Shown: one piece after another, positions 38,636 to 49,240 of the stretch
Position numbering within the stretch: position 1 is the stretch's first letter
How the letters are laid out: each line of letters opens with the position of its first letter
NCBI GenBank assembly: GCA_002189035.1
Contig: NEEC01000013.1
Span: forward strand, 248,001-312,000
Direction of reading: 5' to 3'
DNA length: 64,000 nucleotides
Source: Utricularia gibba
Taxonomy: Eukaryota; Plantae; Magnoliophyta
Position numbers and translations under genes: made by a program
Notes under the pieces: generated by a model
Told to the model about the DNA's origin: nothing
The model's database searches: none
Seen by the model: the letters and a program-made list of their open reading frames with translations, nothing else

Positions 38636-39556
38636 ATGCTAGCTGCAACCCCGGAGAAAGAAGACACACCCGAACTTGTTGCAGATGAGACACCGGAGCA
38701 AGACCCAGTTGCAACCCAGGCTCATACCGACATCTCCGACGAAGATTTCCGACTGGACGACTTGGAGGAAGCAGAAAAAGAAATTGAAATGGAAGAGGCA
38801 TCCAGCCCACCTGCTGCTGAACACAGATGTTCATCCCATGAGGAAGGGGAAGGTGAGGATGATAATATTGATTCTGAAGTGGACTTTTGGATTGCAGAAA
38901 TGCAGGGAGCCGCTAACGAAGGACCACCACTAACGTTCCAAGACGGGGAGCAAGCCATCAATGCTGGTCAAACTAGCAGGCAGCGTGGAAAAGGACAACG
39001 CGGACGACAGAAATTCTGGCGAGATCGTTTGTTGGAGTCTCCTGCCTGGACTCAACTCCGGGATGCTGTCAGGTTTCCCAACAAGAAATCTCAGGCCCTT
39101 TTTAATGCTTTAACTAGTCGCCGCATCCTGTTTTCTTTTCGTTTACATGCTCCTACGTTAGCTCATTTGAATTTGATGCAGGATATTAATCGTATGTTTG
39201 AGTTTTCACCTGAATGTCGTCGTTTTTCAGACATTGATCTTCCTGTTTTTCCAAAATTGGTCTTTGAATTTTATGCTACATTTGCTTTTGATGATGTGGA
39301 AGGGAACCCCATTGCAGAACCTCTAATTTCTTTTCGGTTGGATGGGAAAGACTTTGAGTTTTCTGTTAATGATTTTAATGTTGCTCTTGGTTTCGTGTCT
39401 AAAATTGAACTTACTTCTGCTCGTTATTTGCAATCTTGCTGTGATTATCCCCCATCATTCGATGTGCATAGTGCTTATGGTTCCATGTCTGTGTGTGAAC
39501 CACTCTTTCTTAGTTCCAAACTCAAGGCCCATCACTTGAGGGCCCTGCGCTGTTAG
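38636..39556 (+). CDS. Athila env-like/extra ORF, C-terminally truncated
   Basis: Lies 3' of integrase. Acidic N-terminus, then LVFEFYATF...ISFRLDGKDFEFSVNDFNVALG, typical of the Athila extra ORF. Ends at a junction with unrelated sequence at about 39545. Confidence 0.75.
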   Translation: MLAATPEKEDTPELVADETPEQDPVATQAHTDISDEDFRLDDLEEAEKEIEMEEASSPPAAEHRCSSHEEGEGEDDNIDSEVDFWIAEMQGAANEGPPLTFQDGEQAINAGQTSRQRGKGQRGRQKFWRDRLLESPAWTQLRDAVRFPNKKSQALFNALTSRRILFSFRLHAPTLAHLNLMQDINRMFEFSPECRRFSDIDLPVFPKLVFEFYATFAFDDVEGNPIAEPLISFRLDGKDFEFSVNDFNVALGFVSKIELTSARYLQSCCDYPPSFDVHSAYGSMSVCEPLFLSSKLKAHHLRALRC

Positions 39557-39959
39557 TTTTGAACAGGTACCTCGGAGGATGCTATGCTGCGCTGTTAGTT
39601 TTGAACATGTATCTTTGAAATTGCATGGATCTTGCGTGAACTATGGTATGCTGACTTTGTTAGTTTGTGATCAAACATCGATGGCGGTGGCACTGCATGT
39701 TGTAACATCCGGTGCCGTCACTGGATTTAAAACCCTGTGTCCGAATGTGGTGCTTCGTAATATGCAACACAAACGAGGTGCTAGTCCGTCACTACTCGAT
39801 AGCACCGCAATGATTGTGGCGGTTTTTGTAGAACTGCCTTTGCGGAAGAAAGCTCCGCGCTTGTTTATACGTGGTGCTACGACAAACGACGTCAGAACAC
39901 TGTGTACCCTATGCAGTGCTCGTGCCAGTTACCTGTAGTCATCCTACGCCCACATTTTC
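39342..39959 (+). repeat. Direct repeat of 28165-28753
   Basis: Same env-fragment/X junction; contains a 21-bp internal direct repeat CTGCGCTGTTAGTTTTGAACA at 39545-39565 and 39587-39607. Confidence 0.92.
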
Positions 39960-40892
39960 TTTAAAGTAATATTTGTAGCACCATCAACATTTGATGGTGA
40001 TTCTACAAATGAACAAAACCGTTAAAGTAATAAATAAGATCATATCCACATAAAATTGATTCTTTAAATTTTCTTTAAAATAATTATTCAAAAAAAAATA
40101 AAAAACAAAATAATAGACTAGTTTTTTAAAAAATATCTATGGATCTAAGTTTCACTTTGCTAAAACTCATTCATGTGTGTGTGTAAATCATAAAAACTGA
40201 TCTACTTATGTCTTAGTTCGATAGATATTATTCTGAAGTAGTACAACTAAGTAATTATTATAGTACTATCTCTCATTTATTAGAATTATAAAATCAACAA
40301 CGTCATCAGAGTCATTTTATCTTGTATGATTACCCATTTTCTCCTACATTTGATTCTAAGCCCTAAACCTCACACTCTTGCAAACAGATATTAGAGTGAA
40401 TGTATCTAACAAATGATGTTCAATTGAGCACTTCTCTTTAGATGTTTGAGGTCATTTCGAGATTCTATCATAGTTCCTTAAGGTTAAATGGTACTAAAAA
40501 GTATGTTGATAAAGAGAACCGTAAGCAAAATAGAATTAAATATCAAATTCAATATCAAAGAACATGGTAAAATAATCATACATACATAACTTGCACAAGC
40601 AAGATTTCACCATAAATGTTTAACTGCAATGGTCTACACTCATATGCTTGACTCTAATATGAAATTAAACATGAAAATACACATGTAATTCCCTTGTGTA
40701 ACTAAGTTAATATGTTCGTTTTTTCTTTTCCAGGGACTAAACAATCTTCTGGTAAAAACATTCTAAATTTCCAGGCAGTTTGTGTCCGGAAAGAATGATG
40801 ATGCCTGTGCTGGTTTTTCATAGTTTAAGTTTCCAGATTGTTCTTGTTTTTTAGAGACCGGCTCTGTAACATGAGAACTCATAGGTGTGTTG

Positions 40893-41280
40893 TGTTGGAA
40901 TAATGTGTATTGGAGAAGGGAAGCTCTATCCCACATTGCAAGTTGAACATGTGTTCAACTAGTTTATAAGGGATAGCAACCCAATACTTTTGATGGGCTT
41001 GAGAGTAAGCTAGGCCTCGCGCGCATGCAGGGTCTTAATTTGTTAGATCGGGTTGGGCTCCCGGAGGGCCCCGAGACCCAGAAATGGCTACACGCAGGGG
41101 GGTACAAAACTTATATATGCATAACATATCTGGTTGCTGTGCCGCCACTACAAACAAATCTTGTCCATCTGGTCCTCGTCAATTTCTCGATACTACAAAA
41201 ATTGAGCCCTTTGATGGAAAGAATTTTCGGCGCTGGAAAGATCGCATCTTTGAGTTGCTAGATATGCAGAATCAATTACC
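40893..41280 (+). mobile_element. Ty1/copia fragment: short LTR plus the N-terminal piece of gag
   Basis: TGTTGGAA...ATAACA (40893-41126) with cccacattg and TATAA-like motifs typical of copia LTRs, followed by DTTKIEPFDGKNFRRWKDRIFELLDM (copia gag N-terminus). Truncated at about 41275. Confidence 0.7.
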
Positions 41281-42297
41281 CTAAACCCCAAATACGGTCA
41301 CTGTATATTCAATTACGGTGACCATCCGTAAATCTACTATTTTTAGCAGAATCACATCAAATTTTATTTCACGCGCCTTCCACTTATCACATCTACAGTA
41401 TCTTTGACTGAAAAAGTATCATTCGGTTCCCGATAAAACAGACTGACAATTTTACTGAATTTATTAAATTGGGTTTTAAAAAACAAATTAATTACTTTAA
41501 AAATTTAATTACACCATTCTTCTCTTCCTTCTTCAACCACCATATCAATCTTCACATTTCAAAGGTTTTTTCACATAGAACAAGTATGCTTTATGTGTAA
41601 TTTTTGTTTATATTTTTTATATCTTAATGGTCATAGCATTGGGTTCTCTATTTCACGAGGATATGAAAGCATACAATATTTGTTTTATCTGAGCTGCGGA
41701 TGAAAACCGATATATCGGATTTGGTCGATCTGAGGGTCACAGAAGGTATCGGAGACATCGTCCCTTTTCGTGTTTTGTTCGGTTTGGCCGAGTGAAGTTA
41801 AAAATAGACAGGGACTTTTTACGTGGAAACCACCGTAAGGTTGAAAATACCACGGAGCTGTCGGACCTCGCCGAGGAGAATTTCACTAGACGTAGGTGAC
41901 GATGAGAATGATACAAATTGGGGAATTCTCCAGGTCCAAAAAATCCCGCTTTTCTTCAATCTGTCTCCTCTTTGTAGAGGAGACCGGTCTAGCCAAATCC
42001 CCTTTTTCAGGTGTCGGTCGCTTTTCATACTTGTACTATGACCTTACTTTTCTGATGCTCGCCACCCACTCTGCTATGGTTCGGCCGCTTTTAAGATTGC
42101 GGCGTACGGCCGCTGTTGTCAGATCTCTGACATATATCGGCCTGTCGGCAGGCGCTGTTTCCTCATCCGCTAGAAACTGCACATTTTCAGGTACCAGTCC
42201 ACGTTTTCTCCTCCCATCCGCTACCTTTGGGCCTTGTTGGAACCACCGCCCCTTCTTTTTCTTCCTGGTGTTAGACCTTCCCTTCTGATTTCTGACA

Positions 42298-44516
42298 ATG
42301 GTTAGGAGGTCTAGTGAATTGGATATTCCCTCTCTCTGCATTGAGTACTCGATTCCCGAGGAATACATAGTTTGTCACGCTCGGGACACCGAAGTCCCTT
42401 GGGGACTGGTGTGGATCCCCTTCCTCCTTTTAGCTTGCCAATTCCCTAGCCTACTTCGAAAGCGATTTACGATTTCCACTTCATCCTTTGATAGTCCATT
42501 TCCTTCATACCTTCGCGGTACCGCTCTATTGTCTTGCCCCGAATTCTATCTTCTGTTTCGCTACCTTCTTAGTCTACTCGGCTGGCATGGATCTGGCTAT
42601 GTCCTTAGTAGATTTCCTTCACCTTTTTAAAATTGTTGTTCGCAAGGCGAAGACCCCCATGGAAGGTCGATTTCACTTCCAGTTCTACCGATTTGAGGAT
42701 AATCCTCATTTCGTTGTGAAAGCCCCTGATACCCACCATGATTGGTGGTCTTCTTTCGTCTTGGTGGCACCCCTTTGGGTTTTCGGTGGAACTTCCCGAT
42801 TAACCCCCAACTCCCTTCCGAGTGAAGCTTTTTGAGGTATATCGGTCCTCGTCCGAATCTCGCGAAGCCTTATACAAAAAGCTTAGTCAGGGTTCCTTCC
42901 CATTCGAAACTCGTTCCTTGACGTTTTCGGGGGAGTCTCTCAAAAGGTTGGGTCTTATCGGTCGTAGTCGCGATCCCCATTGGCCCGATATTGTACCCTC
43001 TAGGAATACTGTTCTACAGACTCTACCTCCTTCTCCTCCAAATCCCCCCTCCATTCTTATCCGACTCCAATTTCACAATCTTCCCAACCCGTGGCCCCAA
43101 GAAAAAGAAAAGGGTTAAGGCGGTTGTCTATAAACCCTCGAAAAAGCAAAGAGGTAGTTAGGCTCTATTTTCCCGTGTTTCAAACTCGGCACGGGGTCTT
43201 ATATTTTCTCCGTTCTTTGTCTTGCGGCTAAAGATATGGCTCGAAGAAATGCCTTGGAAGACTCGGTGATGGCCTGCTTTTCTGTGGAGATGCATAGGAT
43301 GCAAGAGTCGGAAGCGACTCCTCCTATACAGGTTTATCGGGCATTTATCGGTTGCTATAGGTTTCCGACTCTGACCTTCAATTTTTCTTCCAGGTTAGTC
43401 CTCCTGAAGTCCAACCAAATGTTGCTGACCCCGCTGTTGGGGAGGGTCAAACAACTGAAGTTTCCGAGGTTCGTGATCCAACTCCCCATCTGACAGTCGG
43501 AAAGGGGAAAGAAAAAATCCCGCCTTCGCCCGATCTTAACAAAGCCCCGGCTTGCGGCGCAGGGCTCCTGTCTGCGGGCACTTCCACATCGGCTCCCTGG
43601 ATGAAGCACAAAGAAGCCCCGCTCCGATAGAGGTGGAAGACGATCCAACTCTTCCTCCGTCTTCGGTTCCTACCGAACTAAGGAGGATGCTAGATGAAGT
43701 TGTGCCGAGTCTTTTGGACGTTGAACCGGAAGTTATATTGACAGGATTTAGCAGGTATGATCTTTTGCCTTCTTAGTGTCATTCATAACTCATTTCCAAC
43801 TTAGAAGTTTTTCGTCAGGCCTTGACTTTTGGATGGGGGCTGGCCAAGAAAGTTGGGTCTCAACCCGAGGAGGTTGTTTGGCTTTAGAAGCAGGTGGAAG
43901 CTCAAGATGCCAAGATGAAGTTAATGGCTGAGAAAGGAAGCTCGCTGAGGAGCATTCTCGGTAAGCGCGATCGACGCGAGGAAGAACTGCATAATATAAT
44001 TGAAGAGATGGGAAAAGCGGTTGACAACGTCAAATCGGAGAGAGAGGGCTTTCGAGTAAATTTTGAGGAAACGGAAGCCGAATCAAACGAGACCAAAGAT
44101 CGCATCGTGACTCTAGTGGCCAAATTACTAAATCGAGCGTCTCGGCGAGACCTTTTGGAGAACTTCGTCAACTCAGCATGCTTCTCGGAGTTATCTAATA
44201 TCTATGCAGGGGACCTGATCAGTTTGCTTCTCTATCAGCAAGACGTCAGATCAGCCGAGAATTCGGATTATCCATTATGGATCCACGCTTCGACAAGGTC
44301 AATCCTCTAACAAAGGATGAGAATATGCTCGATGTTATCACGAATGCTCACCCTACAACTGAACTCCGATTCGAGGCTGATCGGGCACACTTGATTACAC
44401 TCATCCGAGCTAGAATCGGGCGAGAGAACGAGGCCAAGCTGCAGGCGAGGCTTCGGGGGCATGTTGGCCCCTCGGTCGGTCCTCGCAGCAATCCCCCTCC
44501 TCCTCTTGAAGTTTAG
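42298..44516 (+). pseudogene. Tat/Retand antisense extra ORF (PF04195 'putative gypsy type transposon'-like domain plus coiled coil), decayed, probably spliced
   Basis: LCIEYSIPEEY..., HFLHTFAVPLYCLAPNSIFCFATFLV..., HHDWWSSFVLVAP; GT-AG intron-like segment at about 43755-43818; coiled-coil E/K/R-rich C-terminal ORF at 43894-44310. Confidence 0.75.
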
Positions 44517-45159
44517 TTTCCTTGTCTCTTCTTTTGCTAAACTAATGTTTTTATCCCCGATTCTGGGGTTTTTAGGAACTTTGAGATCCCGGTTAGGGAT
44601 TCTTCTTTCTGATTTACTTATCTTTGGCTTCTACTGTTTTCGCCTTAACTGATATTTACGAGTTGCACGATTCGCCAATCCCCCGACCGGGCTCTTCGCT
44701 CAAGTACTCTCTCATAATCACCCGAATTCTTTTAAGGACATGCTCGGGAGCCGCCCAGACTTGAGTCATCTCTCTACTTCGAATATGTCTTCACCTGGTC
44801 AGATTCGCGCTTTCAAGGCATGGCCGGATCGGTCTCGGGCATGTCTGCCATTTCAAGATTCGGCAGCATGCTCTTTATTTAGAGCTTTTTCAGTGCTTTA
44901 TTCGAAAAGCATTTAGGGAGGACTGGTACCCAAGTCGTGTTAGGGCTTTGGAGGTCTTATATTTCGAGGAAAGCCCTGATTCGGCTTGTTGTGCCCATGA
45001 CGAGTTTAGACCTGGGGGGCTTACCAGGGCCCGCATGACCCGGAAGTCGTGTATCTTTTGTCATCCATTTAGTGGGATTTTTTATTTGCCATGGTTCTTT
45101 CTTATGCGAGCTGAATTGCTGCGAGGGAAGTAGGTGGGGGATCCCTCTTGGGTTGAATA

Positions 45160-45905
45160 ACTTCCTAAATCCGGGCGGGCCCTCTTCTGGCCGAGATCTC
45201 CTTGTTTTAAACATGGGCGGATCTACTTTGAGCGCTTTCGCCGTCTCGAGATACAGCAATAAGGTTTGAACCTAAAGGCTTTTTTGAGACTGACGCAGAC
45301 GGTTGCAAGAACCGGTGCCCCAGTTGTACTCGGGCTTACCCTTACCGCTGGGGTGTAGACTTTGGAGATCACATGTTTGGGGGGGGGGGGTTCACCTAGG
45401 TTTTTGTGACCCGAGGGGTAAATGTCTTTTTGCAAACCCTTTGGTTGGGCCTTTCAGTTTTGATTTGCCTTAGTACTTCCTTACACGAGCTGAACCGCTG
45501 CTAGGGAAGTAGACCAAGACCCCTCATGGGTTCAGTGACTTCCCCAATCCGGATGGCCCTCTTTTGGCCGAAACCCCAGTGTTTTGAGCATGGGCGGATT
45601 TGCTTTGGGCGCTCTCGCCATCTCGAGATTTCAGCAGTAAGGTTAGTACTTAAGGACTTTTTCGGGGCTTACGTGTATGGTTGCAGGAACCGGGGCCCGG
45701 GTTATACCAGGGCTTATCCTTATTACTGGGGCCTGGGTTTAAGAGGCTATAAGTATATATCGAGGGGATCCCATGTTGATCTGTTGTGCCCAACGGGGTC
45801 GCTGATTTAGAAGGTTTGCCTGGGCTTACTTAACTTGGCCAGGGCTTATGGTTTAGATCTAGAGAGTTTGCCTGGGCTTATGTGGCTCGGCCAGGGCTTG
45901 TGATC
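45160..45905. repeat. Internal tandem repeats of the Tat element
   Basis: Units at about 45160-45350 and 45540-45735 align (period about 375-380 bp). Two ~52-bp units beginning GTTTGCCTGGGCTTA lie at 45813-45905. Confidence 0.75.
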
Positions 45906-46012
45906 CTGCTAACCCATCTCTGCTTTGGGGGAATTTATAACCATTCGGGTGCTTTGGCAAAGAAAATACCGAGTCCAGAAAGAACCTGTGATAGGGATGG
46001 GTATTGAGCCGA

Positions 46013-46351
46013 CTGGGTGCAGAATTTCCTTAAATGTGTTGCGTTCTAGAATCTTAGGAGTCCCATGCCATCGAGCTATTCTAGCCGATACGCTCCTTTT
46101 CCGATTGCCCTTGGAGTCCGATAAGGGCCTTCCCAGTTGCGATCTAACTTTCCCACGTGTCTCTATGGTTGGGTGCTCCGGAGAACCAAGTCTCCTTCCG
46201 AGAATTCCTTTAAGGATATGGACCGATTGTAGCTCCTTTCTGCTCTTCTCTGACAAGCCCCTAGTCGATTATAAATATTTTGTCGTTTTTCTTCCAGCAA
46301 TCCCAACTCCAATTTTCTTAGGTCAGCGTTCTTCCTATTTGTTCCCGATTC
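46013..46351 (-). pseudogene. Integrase C-terminal (GPY module) remnant of the Tat element
   Basis: LRKLELGLLEEKR...RSYNR...FSEGDLVLR...GKLDRNWEGPYR...GAYRLE*LDG...NATHLRKF; fixes the element on the minus strand. Confidence 0.85.
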
Positions 46352-46678
46352 ACAGATGGCTTGGTTACGCCTCTTTTCTTCGCAACATCTCCTCCTCGGT
46401 TTCAGATTCGGTCTCCTTGTCCAGGGATTGCTTTTCCGCTTGTCGTACGATTTTGGGTGTCCCCTCCTGTGCGTTGGAGTTCAGACCGAGGGTGCCCTAA
46501 AGTCGGGGAGAATTTCTGTCAAAAGGGGTCTTTAGCTGCTCCATGCTGTTGACCATAAGGCCGGGGCTTTGCATGCTGGTGCTTCCTTCGTAGACAGAAT
46601 TCGTGGCCGTTTTATTTTTTGCCTTGGTTGATGTTTGGTGAGCAACCTCTATGGATTTCTCGAGTGGGGCCATAGAAA

Positions 46679-46697
46679 AGCCCCACGGTGGGCGCCA
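46679..46697 (-). other. Primer-binding site complementary to tRNA-Lys(CUU)
   Basis: The plus strand reads AGCCCCACGGTGGGCGCCA, matching the 3' end of plant tRNA-Lys(CUU), 7 nt from the LTR at 46705. Confidence 0.88.
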
Positions 46698-47177
46698 AAA
46701 ATGTTGTAGATGAAAACCGGTATACCGGATTTGGCCGATCTGAGGGTCACGGAAGGTATCGGAGACATCGTCCCTTTTCGTGGTTTGTTCGGTTTGGCCG
46801 AGTGAAGTGAAAAATAGACAGGGAATTTTTACGTGGAAACCACCGTAAGATGGAAAATACCACGGAGCTGTTGGAGTTCGCCGGGGAGAATTTCACTAGA
46901 CGGAGGTGTCGATGAGAATGATACAAATTGGGGAATTCTCCAGGTCCAAAAAATCCCGCTTTTCTTCAATTTGTCGCCTCTTTGTAGAGGAGACCGGTCT
47001 AGCCAAATCCCCCCTTTTTAAGGTGTCGGTCACTTTTCGTACTTGTACTGTGACCTTACTTTTCTGATGCTCGCCGTCCACTCTGCTATGGTGTGGCCGC
47101 TTTTAAGACTACACCGTACGGCCGCCGTTGTCATATCTCTAACATATATTGGCCTGTCGGCAGGCGCTGTTTCCTCA

Positions 47178-47199
47178 TAGCCCCCCCCCCCCCCCCCCC
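47178..47199 (-). other. Polypurine tract (G-run plus CTA) abutting the outer side of the right-hand Tat LTR
   Basis: The minus strand reads G(19)CTA|TGAGGAAAC, the usual Tat PPT-LTR junction. Confidence 0.75.
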
Positions 47200-47384
47200 T
47201 TCGGTAGCCTTTTCAGAGGCTTATTATCCTCGACCGATTTATACCCCATCATACAGCCCCTCTGGTTTGCCTGCATTGGCCTTCTCGGGGCAAGTCGGGG
47301 AACCAGAGTCGCAACTATACTGATTTTGAGTTTACCGATTTCCCAGGGGTGAATCTTCAACCCATTTAGTACGACTCCCCAGAG

Positions 47385-49183
47385 ATGAACACATCAGAAA
47401 AGTTGAGACTTCGATTCAATATTCTTGAAGAATATCAATTGTGGGATAAGGAAGAGGATGAAGAGATCGTTGGTGATATTCCAGAACGTGTTGGTCTTAG
47501 GGGTTTTGCTATTAGCACTGAGCACCTTAGATGTGGCTTGCGTGTGCCAGTGGTATCATTTATGTTGCAAGTTTTGACATGCCTTCAAATTTCATTTTCA
47601 CATTTGATTCCTAAGTCAGTGGCATATATATTGGCATGGGTTTACATTGCTTGTGAGGAAAGCATTCCCCTAAAATTACCTATTTTCTTTGATGTCAGCA
47701 TGTGTAGTAGAATAAAAGATTCACCAAATTGTGTGATAAAGGGTAAGTCTACAATTAAATTAGTGAAAGGTCTATGAAGTGGCTATGATAGTTGGTGGAC
47801 AAGTTTTGTATGAGTTTCTCCTCCTGAAGATTTACCAAATGATTTCCCACGCACACCTCCAAATTCTCATCTTATTGGAAAACCACAAGGTATTTTATGT
47901 GTTAAATAATTTTTTATACTATATGCTTTTATGAGAATTGTTCTGATTTTATTGATCTAATTTACTTATGTTTATTGTTAGGTGTTGAGATGTTACCAAG
48001 AGATGTCGTTGATGAATTCCTTGCTTTCTTTAAAGGGCAGACTAGGTCATTGACTACAATCCTACCTCCTATCTTTAGAGTCCAAGGCATGGCCAAGTTT
48101 TGGTGTAGAAATGATGATGATGATGATGTGGATGATCAAAGTAGAAATGAGGCTGATAATTTACACGAAGATGTGGCGGTTGACAATGAAACAAATGATT
48201 TGGCAGCTGAAAATGAGGCGTTGAAGCAACAACTAAAGTGGTATCAATCCAGATGGCCTTCTTTCTGCGAATCAAGTAGTCATATTCCAACGGTGCGAAA
48301 ATTAGAAGTATTGGACGTCAATGGCATTTTTGCTCATATTATTTTTCATTCATCATCAACTATCAAAGGGCGTCCCGATAAGTGGATTTATGGGCGAGCA
48401 GGTATATTTAGTATTTCACACATTTGCAACATTTTGATGTTATATTTTCAGTGTTAATTGCTAATTTATTGACTTGACTTTATTGCATGTGTTATATTTT
48501 CAGTGTTTCTAAAACCAAATGCTAGGGAGCTCATGGAATGGTGTATGCAACATTTTGATGTTGCACTATGATCCTCACGTGGAGGGTAACATACAAAATA
48601 TTATATTATCTTTTATATATATATATGTTTTACATGTTATTCTTTTTGTAACAGTGCACAACTAAACCAAGTCATTAACTGAATGTTTGGCGAGAAGATG
48701 TCAAATTTGGCATTCATATGGGATGGAACGAAATGCACCACCACAAACCTTCGAGTCCTCAAGAAGCCAGCAAGTATTGTTTTGTTGAAAGAGTTGCGAA
48801 AAATATGGGAAGATGATGCTTTTCATGGCCGGTATACGCATGGTAACACCTTGTTGGTAGATAATTCACCATACAAGTTTACAACAAATCCAGTAATAAT
48901 TTTAGTTAAAAATTTCATAAGTTAAATTTCATTTTTTTTAGTTTAAATTATACTCTAATGGTTCTCAAATAAGTTGACAATGTCATATTTCCATACTCCT
49001 ACAAGCACACAGATCATAAAAAAGATTCATCTTTTATGGAAGGGGGTGAGATGAAGATTTTTCTTGAAGGACTTATAGATGCATCTGATGTACCATCCTT
49101 TGTGCATGATTTTTCGTATTGGTCAAGCCCCAATGAATGAAGACCATCCGGACTGGGAGTATTATAAAGCATTAGTAGAGTAA
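47385..49183 (+). pseudogene. Chimeric PF04195-like / FCP1(NIF)-like HAD phosphatase gene, copy 2 (complete architecture)
   Basis: Exons 47385-47889, 47982-48401, 48504-48585, 48655-48892 and about 48973-49183. Motifs: MNTSEKLRLRF, EHLRCGLRVP, ISFSHLIPKS, YDSWWTSFV; acidic run; AENEALKQQLKWYQSRWP; LEVLDVNGIF, VFLKPNARELMEWCMQHFDVAL*SSR, FIWDGTKCT, LLKELRKIW, NTLLVDNSPYK, IFPYSY, GQAPM...DWEYY*. TGA stops at 47775, 47811, 48569 and 48680; a +1 T near 49110; last acceptor degenerate. Confidence 0.9.
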
Positions 49184-49240
49184 TTCTCATTTTCTATTTC
49201 ATTATGCATATTAGGAGCACTTTTGCTTTATTGTTATCTA

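Larger units (their letters stand above)
29531..39556 (+). mobile_element. Athila-type Ty3/gypsy LTR retrotransposon, 3'-truncated (no 3' LTR), coding regions disrupted
   Basis: 5' LTR, tRNA-Asp PBS, then gag, protease, RT, RNase H, integrase without chromodomain and an env-like ORF, in canonical order. Multiple stops and frameshifts. Confidence 0.95.
41695..47177 (-). mobile_element. Non-autonomous Tat/Retand-type Ty3/gypsy element (most of gag-pol deleted)
   Basis: Two ~470-bp LTRs (41695-42165 and 46705-47177; about 92% identical by eye), a tRNA-Lys PBS on the minus strand, an integrase C-terminal remnant on the minus strand, an antisense PF04195-like ORF and internal tandem repeats. No matching TSD (TGAGC vs TAGCC). 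Confidence 0.88.

Noticed and set aside
39545-39607. 21-bp repeat / 21-bp spacer / 21-bp repeat, superficially CRISPR-like
   Set aside because: Only two repeats, in a plant nuclear context, located exactly at a rearrangement junction; better explained as templated filler.
39579-39938. Segment X ORF contains LVCDQTS...TGFKTL...VVLR, reminiscent of the FCP1-like WDQS-C-TGFKTL motif
   Set aside because: Spacing is wrong by more than 10 residues and no other motif aligns cleanly. It cannot be called a continuation of fusion copy 1 without a profile search.
45925-46500. 191-aa plus-strand ORF
   Set aside because: Antisense shadow of the Tat integrase remnant; no independent protein features.
46679-46697. 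Perfect match to the 3' end of tRNA-Lys
   Set aside because: Only 19 nt including CCA, next to an LTR; it is a PBS, not a tRNA gene.
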